The notes beneath the pieces are model-generated. The model saw only the letters and a program-made list of their open reading frames with translations. It had not been told where the DNA came from and did not search any database. A stretch of 64,000 nucleotides of DNA from NCBI GenBank assembly GCA_963700285.1, contig CAVOXA010000005.1, positions 160,001 to 224,000 of the forward strand, given 5' to 3'. Source of the DNA: an uncultured Chloroflexia bacterium. Its GTDB lineage: Bacteria; Chloroflexota; Anaerolineae; JAAYZQ01. A program made the position numbers and the translations under genes. Positions 1-9,524 of the stretch are shown piece by piece. How positions within the stretch are numbered: the first letter of the stretch is position 1; each line of letters starts with the position of its first letter.

Positions 1-937
1 CCAGCCAGGGCTATGGCTTTGCCACGACCAGCTACAGCACCAACGGGCTGGCGGTGCGCCAGGGCCTGGCCGACCTGGTAGACGTGGTGGACATTTTTGC
101 CAAGGCAAAGGGGACGCCTGGCAGGGTCTACCTGGTCGGCGTGTCCGAAGGGGGCTTATTACGACTCTGGCCGTGGAGGGTGAACCACAGGTCTTTGACG
201 GCGGGTTGGCCCTGTGCGGGCCGTACGGTGATTTCGTCCACCAGGTCGACCACCTGGGTGATATGCGCGCCGTCTTTGACTACTTTTTTCCAGGCTTGAT
301 ACAGGGTAGCGCGGTCGACATCCCCGCCTGGCTGGTGATGGGCTGGGAAGCCTACTATGAGACGACGGTACTGCCCGCACTCCAGGATCCGGCCAACGCT
401 GGCAAGGTGAGCCAGTTGCTGCAGGTCACCCAAATGCCCTACGATCCCCTCCAGCCTGGCGCCAGGGAAGAGGCCATCTATGACGTGCTGAGCTACAACA
501 TTGTGGGTACCAACGATGCCAGGGGCAAGCTGGGTGGCCAGCCCTTTGACAACGTGGATCGGGTCTATACCGGCTCGAGCGATGATGGCCGTCTGAACCG
601 CCTGATCAAACGTTATGGCGCGGATGCAGCCGCCCTGGCCGAGATCGAGGCTGGCTACCAGACCAGCGGCGAGCTGGAGGCGCCGCTGGTCACGCTGCAT
701 ACCACGGGTGACCACGTCGTATCCTACTGGCAGATGACCCGTTACCGGGCCAAGACCATCGGTGCCGACAACATTGCCTTGCATGAGGCAAGGACTGCGC
801 CGCGCTATGGGCACTGCCAGTTCGAGGCGACCGAGGTGCTGGACGCCTTCAACCGCCTGGTTGCCATGGTCAACGATCCACCCCCGTACCGCCCGGTCCA
901 GCGACTCTTCCTGCCGTTGGTTGCCCGCGCTGACTGA
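1..937 (+). CDS. Alpha/beta-hydrolase-fold protein, 5'-partial, 1-nt frameshift near 157
   Basis: Frame 3 reads GYGFATTSYSTNG...VYLVGVSEGG (GxSxG), continuing into ORF 173-937 with HTTGD and YGHC. Ends LFLPLVARAD. Confidence 0.75.
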   Translation, partial: QPGLWLCHDQLQHQRAGGAPGPGRPGRRGGHFCQGKGDAWQGLPGRRVRRGLITTLAVEGEPQVFDGGLALCGPYGDFVHQVDHLGDMRAVFDYFFPGLIQGSAVDIPAWLVMGWEAYYETTVLPALQDPANAGKVSQLLQVTQMPYDPLQPGAREEAIYDVLSYNIVGTNDARGKLGGQPFDNVDRVYTGSSDDGRLNRLIKRYGADAAALAEIEAGYQTSGELEAPLVTLHTTGDHVVSYWQMTRYRAKTIGADNIALHEARTAPRYGHCQFEATEVLDAFNRLVAMVNDPPPYRPVQRLFLPLVARAD

Positions 938-1151
938 TCTCAAAACGGAATGACCTGGCAGGTCTGAGGAACTCCCTCTGATAGGCAAGGATCTCTGACT
1001 TTTCGATGGAGGGAGGCAAAGAGAACAGCGGATGGGCGGATTAATGCTGCAGTGGGCAGCCAGATCCGAGAACTCTGCCCATCCGCTGTCTTGCCGATGG
1101 GCACAGGTCTCCAGCTGGTCAGATCGTTGGGTTGCTGCATAGTTGCCGTTG

Positions 1152-1180
1152 TTGACAATGTGCCTCAGACATGCTATACT
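1152..1180 (+). promoter_or_regulatory. Sigma70-type promoter upstream of the S8 gene
   Basis: TTGACA-17 nt-TATACT with extended -10 TG. Confidence 0.7.
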
Positions 1181-1433
1181 GCACCCATCTCGCCCGTCGC
1201 CTGTAACTCGCCCGCAGGTGTTCTTTCCCTTACTGCTACCCAGTCGACTACCGGTCTTGTGTGGGCAAATTCTAGTCTGGTTGAACCAGGTTTGTTCCGG
1301 TTAGATCTGGTCAGGTCCGACCGGACCTGGCCAGGGTTGAGAAGGCTCGACAGTTTTCTCGTAGGCCCGATCCGGGACCCCTGAAGGTGGGGCCAGCGGA
1401 ACCTGGCCGGGTAGATGCGGGTCTGGAGGTACG

Positions 1434-2849
1434 ATGAGCGGTTTGAAACGAATACTCGCGGTTCTTGCTGCTGCTACGGTACTGGCCACTATGGCTGTGC
1501 CCGCCCTGGCCCAGACGCAGGGCGTTTCGTATCTGATCGTCGCCGAAGGGAACAATCTGCCGGTGGGCCTCGCCGGAGAGGTAGAGGCTGCTGGCGCAAC
1601 CATTGCCCGGACCATCTCGGAGATTGGGATCCTGGTGGCCGATTCGCCAGATCCTGACTTTGCCGCCGTGGTGTCCGACCTGCCTGGCGTCCGAGCCGTG
1701 GTCCCCAACGTAGGGCTGCAGTGGTTCATCCCCAGCTACCGGGAGGCGGTTACGGTCCAGACCTTGAACAATCCGGCCTGGGATGATGAGTTTTTTAGCG
1801 ATCTGCAGTGGGGGCACGACGCCGTGGACGCTTCCGATGCCTGGGAAAAGGGCCACCGGGGCGCTGGGGTACGCGTGGCCGTACTGGATACCGGCTTTGA
1901 CCTGGACCACGTGGACCTCTACCCCAACGTCAATTTTGCCCTGAGTGCGAATCTGACCGACGAAACACTGCTCTACGCCCAGCCTGACGTGTTCAGCCAC
2001 GGTACCCACGTGGCGGGCATTATTGCCGCTGCCGACAACGGCTTTGGCCTCCTGGGCGTAGCACCCGAGGCGGAGTTGGTCCTGACCAAGGTGGTCCGGG
2101 ATGATGGCAGCGGTCACTTTGCCTGGATCCTGGCGGGCATTGTCGAGGCTGTCCAGTCCGAGGCCGACATCGTGAACCTGAGCCTGGGGGTGGCCTTGGT
2201 CCGGCAGGGCTACCAGGACCCGGGTACGGGCCAGTGGGTGAGCGCCAATCAGGTCGCCGAGCTGGCCAATGCCATGAGCCGGGCGACGACCTACGCCTAC
2301 ATGCAGGGCACGACCGTCATCGCCGCGGCGGGTGACTATGCGCGGGACGGTGGTCCCGGGACCGACCCTGACGATGGGTTGATCCACCTGCCAGCAGAGG
2401 CCGGGGGTGTGCTGACGGTGGCGGCCACGACGCCCGTGGGTTGGGCGGCTGGTCCGCCCGACGCCGACCTGGACACGCCCACGCGCTACAGCAATTATGG
2501 TGACTCGTTCGTCGACCTGGCCGCCCCCGGCGGTGATGTGAGCTATGCAAGCGATGAGATGTGCGAAATGGGACCTGTCGTCCACGACTGTTTCGTTTTT
2601 GACTTGGTCCTGAGCACCGGCAGCGATCTGGAGCCGGGCTATGCCAGCTACTTTTGGACGGGGGGAACGGGCGTGGCGGCCGCCTATGCCTCAGGCGTAG
2701 CCGCCCTCATCATTGCCGCCCATGGCGGCGATCTGAAACCCTCCCTTGTCGAGGTCGCCCTGCGCCAGTCCTCTGACGACCTGGGCAAGCCCGGCCGGGA
2801 CGACTTTTATGGCTACGGCCGCGTAAACGCCGGCAACTATATGAAATAG
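1434..2849 (+). CDS. Secreted S8 subtilase-family protein, catalytic Ser apparently missing
   Basis: Signal peptide, prodomain, VLDTG, HGTHVAG. Ser motif reads GTGVAAAYASG instead of GTSMAxPHVAG. Confidence 0.85.
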   Translation: MSGLKRILAVLAAATVLATMAVPALAQTQGVSYLIVAEGNNLPVGLAGEVEAAGATIARTISEIGILVADSPDPDFAAVVSDLPGVRAVVPNVGLQWFIPSYREAVTVQTLNNPAWDDEFFSDLQWGHDAVDASDAWEKGHRGAGVRVAVLDTGFDLDHVDLYPNVNFALSANLTDETLLYAQPDVFSHGTHVAGIIAAADNGFGLLGVAPEAELVLTKVVRDDGSGHFAWILAGIVEAVQSEADIVNLSLGVALVRQGYQDPGTGQWVSANQVAELANAMSRATTYAYMQGTTVIAAAGDYARDGGPGTDPDDGLIHLPAEAGGVLTVAATTPVGWAAGPPDADLDTPTRYSNYGDSFVDLAAPGGDVSYASDEMCEMGPVVHDCFVFDLVLSTGSDLEPGYASYFWTGGTGVAAAYASGVAALIIAAHGGDLKPSLVEVALRQSSDDLGKPGRDDFYGYGRVNAGNYMK

Positions 2850-2889
2850 CACATCAGCAGGTAGCAATCGTGAAAACGGCTGGAGGATC

Positions 2890-3786
2890 GTGCCGAAACG
2901 ATCCGCAATAGTCCCAAGTGTGATATTCCTGCTGATGGCGACCCTCCTCTACCTGATGCTTCTAGTTGCGTGTGCCCAAACCCCACCGGCTGCGCCCGCC
3001 TACGGCCCAGGCGTGAGCCGGGCCCGCTCCACGGATGGCGCCGAGATGATCCACGTGCCAGCCGGCAAGTTCCTGATGGGCGGTACCGATGCTGACCCCA
3101 AGGCCGGAGACGACGAGATGCCCCAACACACCGTCTACGTGGATGCCTTCTGGATCGATCGGACTGAGCTCACCAACGCCCGGTACGTCCAGTTCTTGAA
3201 TACTCTGGGTGGACACCAGGGTCTATGTGGAGGGCGCGACTGCGCAGAGACACAGGTCGGCGAGGAGGACAGCCACATCTTTTTCCAGGGTGGACGCTAC
3301 CTGGTTGAGGGCGGCTTTGAGGATCACCCTGTGGCGGAAGTGACCTGGTACGGTGCTCATGCCTACTGCGAGTGGGCCGGCGCGAGGCTGCCGGCAGAGG
3401 CCGAGTGGGAAAAGGCCGCACGAGGCGTCGACGGGCGCCTTTATCCCTGGGGCAATGATGTCCCCGATTGCGGCAAAGCGCAATTCGGCGATTGCGGCGG
3501 GACGACGGTGCCCGCTGGTTCCATGCCTGCGGGCGCCAGCCCCTACGGCGTGCTGGACATGGCCGGCAACGTGTGGGAGTGGGTAGCCGACTGGTACGAC
3601 CCCGCCTACTATGCTTCGTCTCCGGCCCGGAATCCTCTGGGGCCGGAGACCGGCCTGCGCAAGGCATTTCGTGGCGGATCGTGGGGCTATCCAGCGGCAT
3701 TCATGCGGGTCAGCGACCGCGCTCGCAACCGCCCGACCTATGCCGGGTTCAACGTGGGCTTTCGCTGTGCAGTGCCTGTGAGGTAG
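2890..3786 (+). CDS. Formylglycine-generating-enzyme (SUMF1/FGE-sulfatase) domain lipoprotein
   Basis: LVAC lipobox, F(L)MG, RLPAEAEWEKAARG, DMAGNVWEW, RGGSW, GFRC. Confidence 0.9.
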   Translation: MPKRSAIVPSVIFLLMATLLYLMLLVACAQTPPAAPAYGPGVSRARSTDGAEMIHVPAGKFLMGGTDADPKAGDDEMPQHTVYVDAFWIDRTELTNARYVQFLNTLGGHQGLCGGRDCAETQVGEEDSHIFFQGGRYLVEGGFEDHPVAEVTWYGAHAYCEWAGARLPAEAEWEKAARGVDGRLYPWGNDVPDCGKAQFGDCGGTTVPAGSMPAGASPYGVLDMAGNVWEWVADWYDPAYYASSPARNPLGPETGLRKAFRGGSWGYPAAFMRVSDRARNRPTYAGFNVGFRCAVPVR

Positions 3787-3811
3787 CATTGCTGTGTCCT
3801 GGCTCTGGACT

Positions 3812-5079
3812 GTACGGCTGTTGCATTGTCCCTTGACATGCACTGCCAGTCAGATCTGTCATTGCGAGCGAGCGAGAAGCCGGGCTGGTGGCTCTGCTGC
3901 CGATCAAGCCCTTTTCGGTCCAGAAGGCCGCCCAGGCGTGGAAGATGGACCCGGCCGACGCCCAGCAGGTGCTGGACGAACTGGCCGGCAGGGCCATCCT
4001 GTTGGATGTCATGGACCCCCAGGGGCAGCAGCTCTACATGCTGCCTCCGCCGATGGCCGGCTTTTTCGAGTTCTCCATGATGCGGATTCGTGGGCGACGT
4101 CGACCAGAAGGTACTGGGCGAACTCTTCTACCAGTACATGAACGTGGAAGAAGAGTTCATCAAGGCGCTCTTCACCCACGGGGAAACCCAGCTCGGCCGG
4201 GTATTTGTCCAGGAAGCAGCGCTTTCCCACGACAACGCGCTGCACGTGCTGGATTACGAGCGGGCCAGCGAGGTGATCAAGACCGCCACCCACCGGGGCA
4301 TCAGCCTCTGCTACTGCCGCCACAAGATGGAGCACGTGGGCCGGGCCTGCGACGCGCCCATGGACATCTGCATGACCTTTGGCGGGGTGGCTGCTTCGCT
4401 GATCAGACACGACTTTGCCCGCGAGGTGGACGTGGCCGAAGGGCTGGACCTGCTCCAGCAGGCCCAGGACCACCACCTGGTTCAGTTCGGCGAGAACGTG
4501 CGCCACGAGGTGACCTTTATCTGCAACTGCTGTGGCTGCTGCTGTGAGGCGATGATCGCCGCCCGCCGGTTCGGCTGGCTGCACCCGGTCCACACCACCA
4601 ACTTTGTCCCTCGCATCCAGCTCGAGGCGTGCAACGGCTGTGGCAAGTGCGTCAACGTCTGCCCGGTGGAAGCGATGACGCTGGTCTCGGCCAACGACCC
4701 CCACCGCCCCAAGCGGCGCAAGGCCTGGTTGAACGAGGAGCTCTGTCTGGGCTGCGGCGTTTGCGTCAGCGTCTGCCCCAGCCAAGGCCTCCGGTTGGAA
4801 TCTCGGCCGGAGCGGGTCATCACACCGCTGGACTCGACGCACCGGACCGTGGTCATGGCCATCGAGCGCGGGATGCTCCAGGACCTGATCTTTGACAACC
4901 AGGCGCTGGCCAGCCACCGGGCCATGGCGGCCATTCTGGGCGTCATCCTCAAGCTGCCGCCCATCAAGCAGGCCTTGGCCAGCCAGCAGATGAAATCGCG
5001 CTGGCACAAGTGGAGATCGCTTTCCCTCCGGCTGGGACAGGTGCTGACGCTCGCGATGACGACTTTGCAACAGCCGTAC
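3812..5079. mobile_element. MITE with IS1182-like ends, carrying a gene fragment
   Basis: Perfect 14-bp inverted ends GTACGGCTGTTGCA/TGCAACAGCCGTAC, flanked by direct repeat TCTGGACT (3804-3811, 5080-5087). Both arms match the 138-bp element at 34316-34453. Confidence 0.75.
3867..5002 (+). pseudogene. 4Fe-4S dicluster protein fragment: no start codon, C-terminus replaced, frameshift near 4090
   Basis: SEREAGLVALLPIKPF..., CYCRH, CNCCGCCC, CNGCGKCVNVCP, CLGCGVCVSVCP. Both ends run into MITE arm sequence. Confidence 0.8.
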
Positions 5080-5139
5080 TCTGGACTGGCAGGTCGTTTG
5101 ATGAGGAAGAGGATCGATGATATCACATCCCCCCGCTTA

Positions 5140-5355
5140 AACCTTTCATTCCCGTAGCAAGTCGCGACGTGGTTTCACATGCCCCAGCCGGACATCAGCC
5201 GGGACGAGGGCTACTGGCAGCAGGGTGGCTGGCCCGAGCTGCTGAGCCGGTGCACGCCAGAAATCCTGACACCCGAGTTAGTCCGCCGCATCGTCACGCT
5301 CTGCGCGACCCATCCTCACTGGAAGCGGGAAGAAGTGTATCAACACCTGCAAGAT
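5140..5355 (+). pseudogene. Possible transposase HTH-region remnant
   Basis: QVATWFHMPQPDISRDEGYWQQGGWPELLS...ELVRRIV resembles an HTH segment and has an in-frame stop just upstream. Recognised from memory only. Confidence 0.35.
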
Positions 5356-5432
5356 CTCTTCTGTGGTATAATCCCCTTTGTCCCGCAGGCGCAGGTAGGC
5401 TGGAACACATTTGACAGAGGAGACAGAAACTC

Positions 5433-7061
5433 ATGCACGCACACGCGGATCGCGACGTGATCATTCACAACGGTACCATCTATGATGGCCATGGGGGCGC
5501 GCCTTTCACGGGCGACCTGGCCATTGACGGCGACACCATCGCCGCCGTCGGCTCCCTGGAAGGCGTCCGAGGCCGCATCGACATCGACGCGACCGGTCTT
5601 GCCATAGCTCCAGGATTTATCAACATGCTCAGTTGGTCCGTCGAGTCCCTTATCGAGGACGGGCGCTCCCAGAGCGAGATCCACCAGGGCGTGACCCTGG
5701 AGGTCATGGGAGAGGGAACCTCGGGCGGGCCGCTCAATGAGGAGATGAAGAGGCAAAACGCCGAGCGGCAGGGCAACATCCGCTACGACGTGGAATGGAC
5801 CACGCTGGGCGAGTACCTGGAGCATCTGGTCCGCCGCGGCGTTTCACCAAACGTCGCCTCTTTCGTGGGCGCGACCTCGGTGCGCATCCACGAAGTAGGC
5901 TATGCCGACCGGCCCCCGACGCCCGAGGAACTGGCCCGCATGCGCGAGCTGGTACAGGTTGCCATGACAGAGGGCGCGGTGGGCCTGTCGACGGCCCTGA
6001 TCTATTCCCCGGCCTGCTATGCCGCGACCGACGAGATCATCGCCCTGGCCCAGGTCGTAGCCGATCATGGCGGGTTGTACATCTCGCACATCCGCAACGA
6101 AGGGGTTCAGTTGCTGGAGGCCCTGGATGATTTTCTGTCTGTCCCGCGGGCTACCGGTGGCTCGGCCGAGGTCTATCACCTGAAGGTCTCCGGGCGGGAC
6201 AACTGGTACAAGCTGGACGACGCCATCGCCAAGATCGAGGCGGCGCGCGCCGAAGGGCTGGCCATCACCGCCGACATGTACACCTACCCCGCTTCTTCGA
6301 CGGGCCTCGCCGCCACCATGCCCCCCTGGGTGGAAGAGGGCGGCCACCGGGCCTGGATCGAGCGGCTGAAGGATCCGGCCGTACGCCAGCGGCTGCAGCG
6401 CGAGATGCTGACGAGCAGCGAGGAGTGGGATAGCACCTACCTGGCTGCCGGCGGGCCGCAGAACGTGGTACTCATTGGCTTCAAGACCGAGGCCCTCAGG
6501 CCCCTCACCGGCAGGACGCTGGCCGAGGTGGCCGCCATGCGCGGCACATCGGCGGAGGAAACCGTCATGGACCTCATCATCGAGGACGACAGCAACGTGG
6601 GCGCCGTCTACTTTTCCATGTCCGAGGACAATGTCCGGCGCCAGGTCGCGCTGCCCTGGGTCAGTTTCGGCTCTGACGGCGCCTCACAGGCGGCCGAGGG
6701 CGTGTTCCTGGAGCGCAGCACCCACCCACGAGCCTATGGCAACTTTGCCCGGCTTCTGGGCAAGTATGTCCGGGACGAGGGACTGGTCCCCCTGGAGGAG
6801 GCGGTCCGGCGGCTGACCTCCTTTCCGGCCCGGAACCTCAAACTGCAGCGCAGGGGCTCGCTCACGCCGGGATACTATGCCGACGTCGTCGTCTTTGACC
6901 CCGCGACCATCCAGGACCAGGCGACTTTCGAGAAGCCACACCAGTACGCCACGGGCATGGTCCACGTCTTTGTCAACGGCGGCCACGTGCTCAAGGATGG
7001 CGAGCATACCGGGGCCACACCGGGTAGGGTTGCGCGCGGACCGGGCTGGCGTCCCGGCTAG
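5433..7061 (+). CDS. N-acyl-D-amino-acid deacylase (amidohydrolase family)
   Basis: APGFIN, YISHIRNEG, YHLK, GSDG, HPRAYGNF, ADVVVFDP. Confidence 0.9.
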   Translation: MHAHADRDVIIHNGTIYDGHGGAPFTGDLAIDGDTIAAVGSLEGVRGRIDIDATGLAIAPGFINMLSWSVESLIEDGRSQSEIHQGVTLEVMGEGTSGGPLNEEMKRQNAERQGNIRYDVEWTTLGEYLEHLVRRGVSPNVASFVGATSVRIHEVGYADRPPTPEELARMRELVQVAMTEGAVGLSTALIYSPACYAATDEIIALAQVVADHGGLYISHIRNEGVQLLEALDDFLSVPRATGGSAEVYHLKVSGRDNWYKLDDAIAKIEAARAEGLAITADMYTYPASSTGLAATMPPWVEEGGHRAWIERLKDPAVRQRLQREMLTSSEEWDSTYLAAGGPQNVVLIGFKTEALRPLTGRTLAEVAAMRGTSAEETVMDLIIEDDSNVGAVYFSMSEDNVRRQVALPWVSFGSDGASQAAEGVFLERSTHPRAYGNFARLLGKYVRDEGLVPLEEAVRRLTSFPARNLKLQRRGSLTPGYYADVVVFDPATIQDQATFEKPHQYATGMVHVFVNGGHVLKDGEHTGATPGRVARGPGWRPG

Positions 7062-7128
7062 GTGAGCAACCCAGGCCAGCGAGGCTGCGCCAGGCCGGTC
7101 AGGGCCCGCCGGACGCAGACCAGCCGTG

Positions 7129-7151
7129 ACCCTTCGGCTTCGCTCAGGGCA
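7129..7151. repeat. Small REP-like hairpin
   Basis: ACCCTTCGGCTTCGCTCAGGGCA between convergent genes. Confidence 0.5.
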
Positions 7152-7264
7152 TGCGTGTCCGGCCTACGAGCAGCAGCGCCCGATGAATCGGGCTTGGGAC
7201 TGATGGAGAAGCCCCGTTTACGGGGCGTAGCTTGGTAGCGCGGGCGCTTTGCCCGCGTGGCTCC

Positions 7265-8071
7265 TCAGGGTCTCCTGCCGCCCCGATAGCGCTCCGTCCA
7301 GTGCGTCTCTTCCAGGCGCGAGATCTGGACCACCGGCCGCTGGTGCGTCGTGGCATGGATGAAGCGACCCTCGCCCATGTGGAGGCCGACGTGTGTGATC
7401 CGCTCCCCTCCAAAGAACACCAGGTCGCCGGCCTGCAGATCCTCCTTTTCCACTGCCGCCAGATCCGGCTGGGTGAATTGGATGTTGGCATCGCGCAGGA
7501 GCTGCACACCGTGCAGGCCCCAGACCAGTTGCACAAAGCCGGAACAGTCGATGCCCAGTGGCGTGCAGCCTCCCCATAAGTAGGGCAGTCCCAGAAAGCG
7601 CTGAGCTGTGCCAATGACGTCGTCCACGCTCCCCCGCGACCGTGGCTCGCCAGCCGGGATGATCTTTATGTCTCCCCGTTTCAACCAGCGCCCGGGACCG
7701 CCGGGCAGCGCAACGCGCAGCCAGTCCTCCCCCTCCTCGGCCACCTCCAGCCGGCAGCCGATGGTTGCCTGGAGCGCCGGCAGGCGCTTGCTCACCGTCG
7801 GCTCGTGGTAGAGAAAGGCAATGAGGCTGGTGACCTGGCCCACCTGCCCCGACGAGGCATAAGGAACCTGGTCCTCAACGTAGATGCGTACATTGCGGGC
7901 GGGGATCCAGCCCTCATACTGGTCGGGTAACTGGACATAATGCCAACTGCCCTGGCTCTCTTTGATTGTCACCCCCGAACCGAGGACTGCTTGGGTCACC
8001 AGGTCGGCGGTCAGGTCAGGCCGGCTGAAAAGATTGGCGATGCTATCAAGTAGGACACCTTGGGATGGCAT
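7265..8071 (-). CDS. NlpC/P60 (C40) peptidase with SH3-like domains, YkfC-like
   Basis: PYLWGG, GIDCSGFVQ, GDLVFF, HVGL, FIHA. RBS GGAGAG before ATG at 8071. Confidence 0.9.
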   Translation of the reverse strand: MPSQGVLLDSIANLFSRPDLTADLVTQAVLGSGVTIKESQGSWHYVQLPDQYEGWIPARNVRIYVEDQVPYASSGQVGQVTSLIAFLYHEPTVSKRLPALQATIGCRLEVAEEGEDWLRVALPGGPGRWLKRGDIKIIPAGEPRSRGSVDDVIGTAQRFLGLPYLWGGCTPLGIDCSGFVQLVWGLHGVQLLRDANIQFTQPDLAAVEKEDLQAGDLVFFGGERITHVGLHMGEGRFIHATTHQRPVVQISRLEETHWTERYRGGRRP

Positions 8072-8301
8072 TCTCTCCTCCAGATCTGCAATGGAATTCA
8101 CCAAGTATAGCACAGCTCGCTAGCGTGCCCAAACGTGTATGCAATTTGTGTGCACTGTTATGCTATATTGGTTTTAGTCCGGGTTCTCCTCCGGTCAAGC
8201 AGGATCCGTGGCCCCGTGGTAACGAGCCAGCCCGCGCATTTGCCGGGGTCACGGATCCGTGGAGAGCGCGCAGGCATCTGTAAGAGAGGAGAAAGTCTAT
8301 C

Positions 8302-8619
8302 ATGGTAGAGATACACTTGTACGGCAAGCTCCGGCAATACAATGGCGGCACCAAGACGGGATCCGACAGCGTCCTCATGCTGGAACCCGGCCCCGACGAA
8401 ACCATCGCCACGCTCCTGGCAGGCGAAGGCATCCCCGTGGAAGAGATCAACCACATCTTTGTCAACGCCAAACTGCTTTCGACCCGTACCTCCATGGGCA
8501 GGTACTATGGTTATCAGCAGGTTGGCGAGAGCCTTTCCCAATGGGACCTGAGCATGCCGGTTGGCCACGGCGACCGGCTCGGCCTCTTTGGCAAGGACAT
8601 GGCGATATTGGGCATGTAG
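8302..8619 (+). CDS. MoaD/ThiS-like beta-grasp protein without C-terminal GG
   Basis: VEIHLYGKLR, TIATLL, HIFVN, GDRLGLF. RBS GAGGAG. Confidence 0.65.
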   Translation: MVEIHLYGKLRQYNGGTKTGSDSVLMLEPGPDETIATLLAGEGIPVEEINHIFVNAKLLSTRTSMGRYYGYQQVGESLSQWDLSMPVGHGDRLGLFGKDMAILGM

Positions 8620-8652
8620 GTCATTCTCGCACAGGGCTGACCAGTCCTGGCC

Positions 8653-8709
8653 AGGCCTCGGAGGTTGCGAACCTGCCGTTCGTCCGAAACCTCCGAGGTC
8701 TCTTTTTTT
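8653..8709 (+). terminator. REP-like hairpin with U-tract, probable intrinsic terminator
   Basis: AGGCCTCGGAGGTT...AACCTCCGAGGTCT followed by T7. Same family as 50771 and 58191. Confidence 0.7.
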
Positions 8710-8730
8710 GCAGACAAAGGTCGCCTGCCC

Positions 8731-9453
8731 GGGTATTCAAAGCAGAACCGGAGTCGGGGAGGAGTAAAACGGTAACATCTGGGGTTGATAGCTGGACGGA
8801 GCCCCGGGACGGCAGTTGAAACGAAGCAGAACGGGCACCAAGCTGGGCCAAAGGCTTCCGGCAGGCTAATAGGGCTTGGATCTTGGGCCGAAAAGGGCTG
8901 GGGGCGGGTCAGAAGGTCCGAGGAGCCGTCTCTGGAAGCTTCAAGCAGGATCTACAAGTAGGGGACAACGCGCCACGCGCACAGGCGCTCGCGAGGCGTC
9001 TGGTAGCAGAGAGTTATTCTCAGGTTGAGCCAGCCACCAAGGTCGCTTCGCGTACCAGCCGGGCCAGGGTTGTCAGGGTCGACCAGGTGTCAGCCAGGAA
9101 GGTGAGGGCCTTGCCTCGCAGGCCGCCGTAGACCGGCAGGGGTTTGAGCCCCCACTGCTGGAAGGTAGCATTGCGCGCTCCAGAGGCATTGCGGGCTCGA
9201 TGGTAGAGACGCTTCCAGGCCGGTGAGCCGAAGGATAGGTCGTGGGCCAGGCTTTGGCACAGAACCACTTGTATCGTTGGCGGCTGCCGTCGAAGCCGTT
9301 GGCCATGGAAGCATAACCGAAAGGGCAAATGGGCCGATCATGGAACACCTCCAGAGTGAGATGTCCCATGATCCCATGAGATGGCTCAGCTGCGGAGCTC
9401 GAGGCTGAAAAACTTGGGGTTGATAGCGGGCTTGAGTTCTGCTTCGAAAACCC
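8731..9453 (-). mobile_element. Internally deleted IS with terminal inverted repeats and a transposase-like C-terminal remnant
   Basis: Ends GGGTATTCAAAGCAGAAC and GTTCTGCTTCGAAAACCC. Minus-strand remnant WKRLYHRARNAS...LARLVREATL. Second copy at 31772-32051. Confidence 0.65.
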
Positions 9454-9524
9454 CCTGAGGGCCATCCTTGCCTTTTGAGCCTGGTAGTGGTATACTCCGA
9501 GCCGTTCAAATCGGAGCTGATTCT

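Noticed and set aside
1187-1433. Long structured leader as a riboswitch (GGCAAA suggested c-di-GMP-I)
   Set aside because: The second conserved GCAAA and the expected spacing are absent. The hairpins include a REP-like copy. A covariance-model search would be needed.
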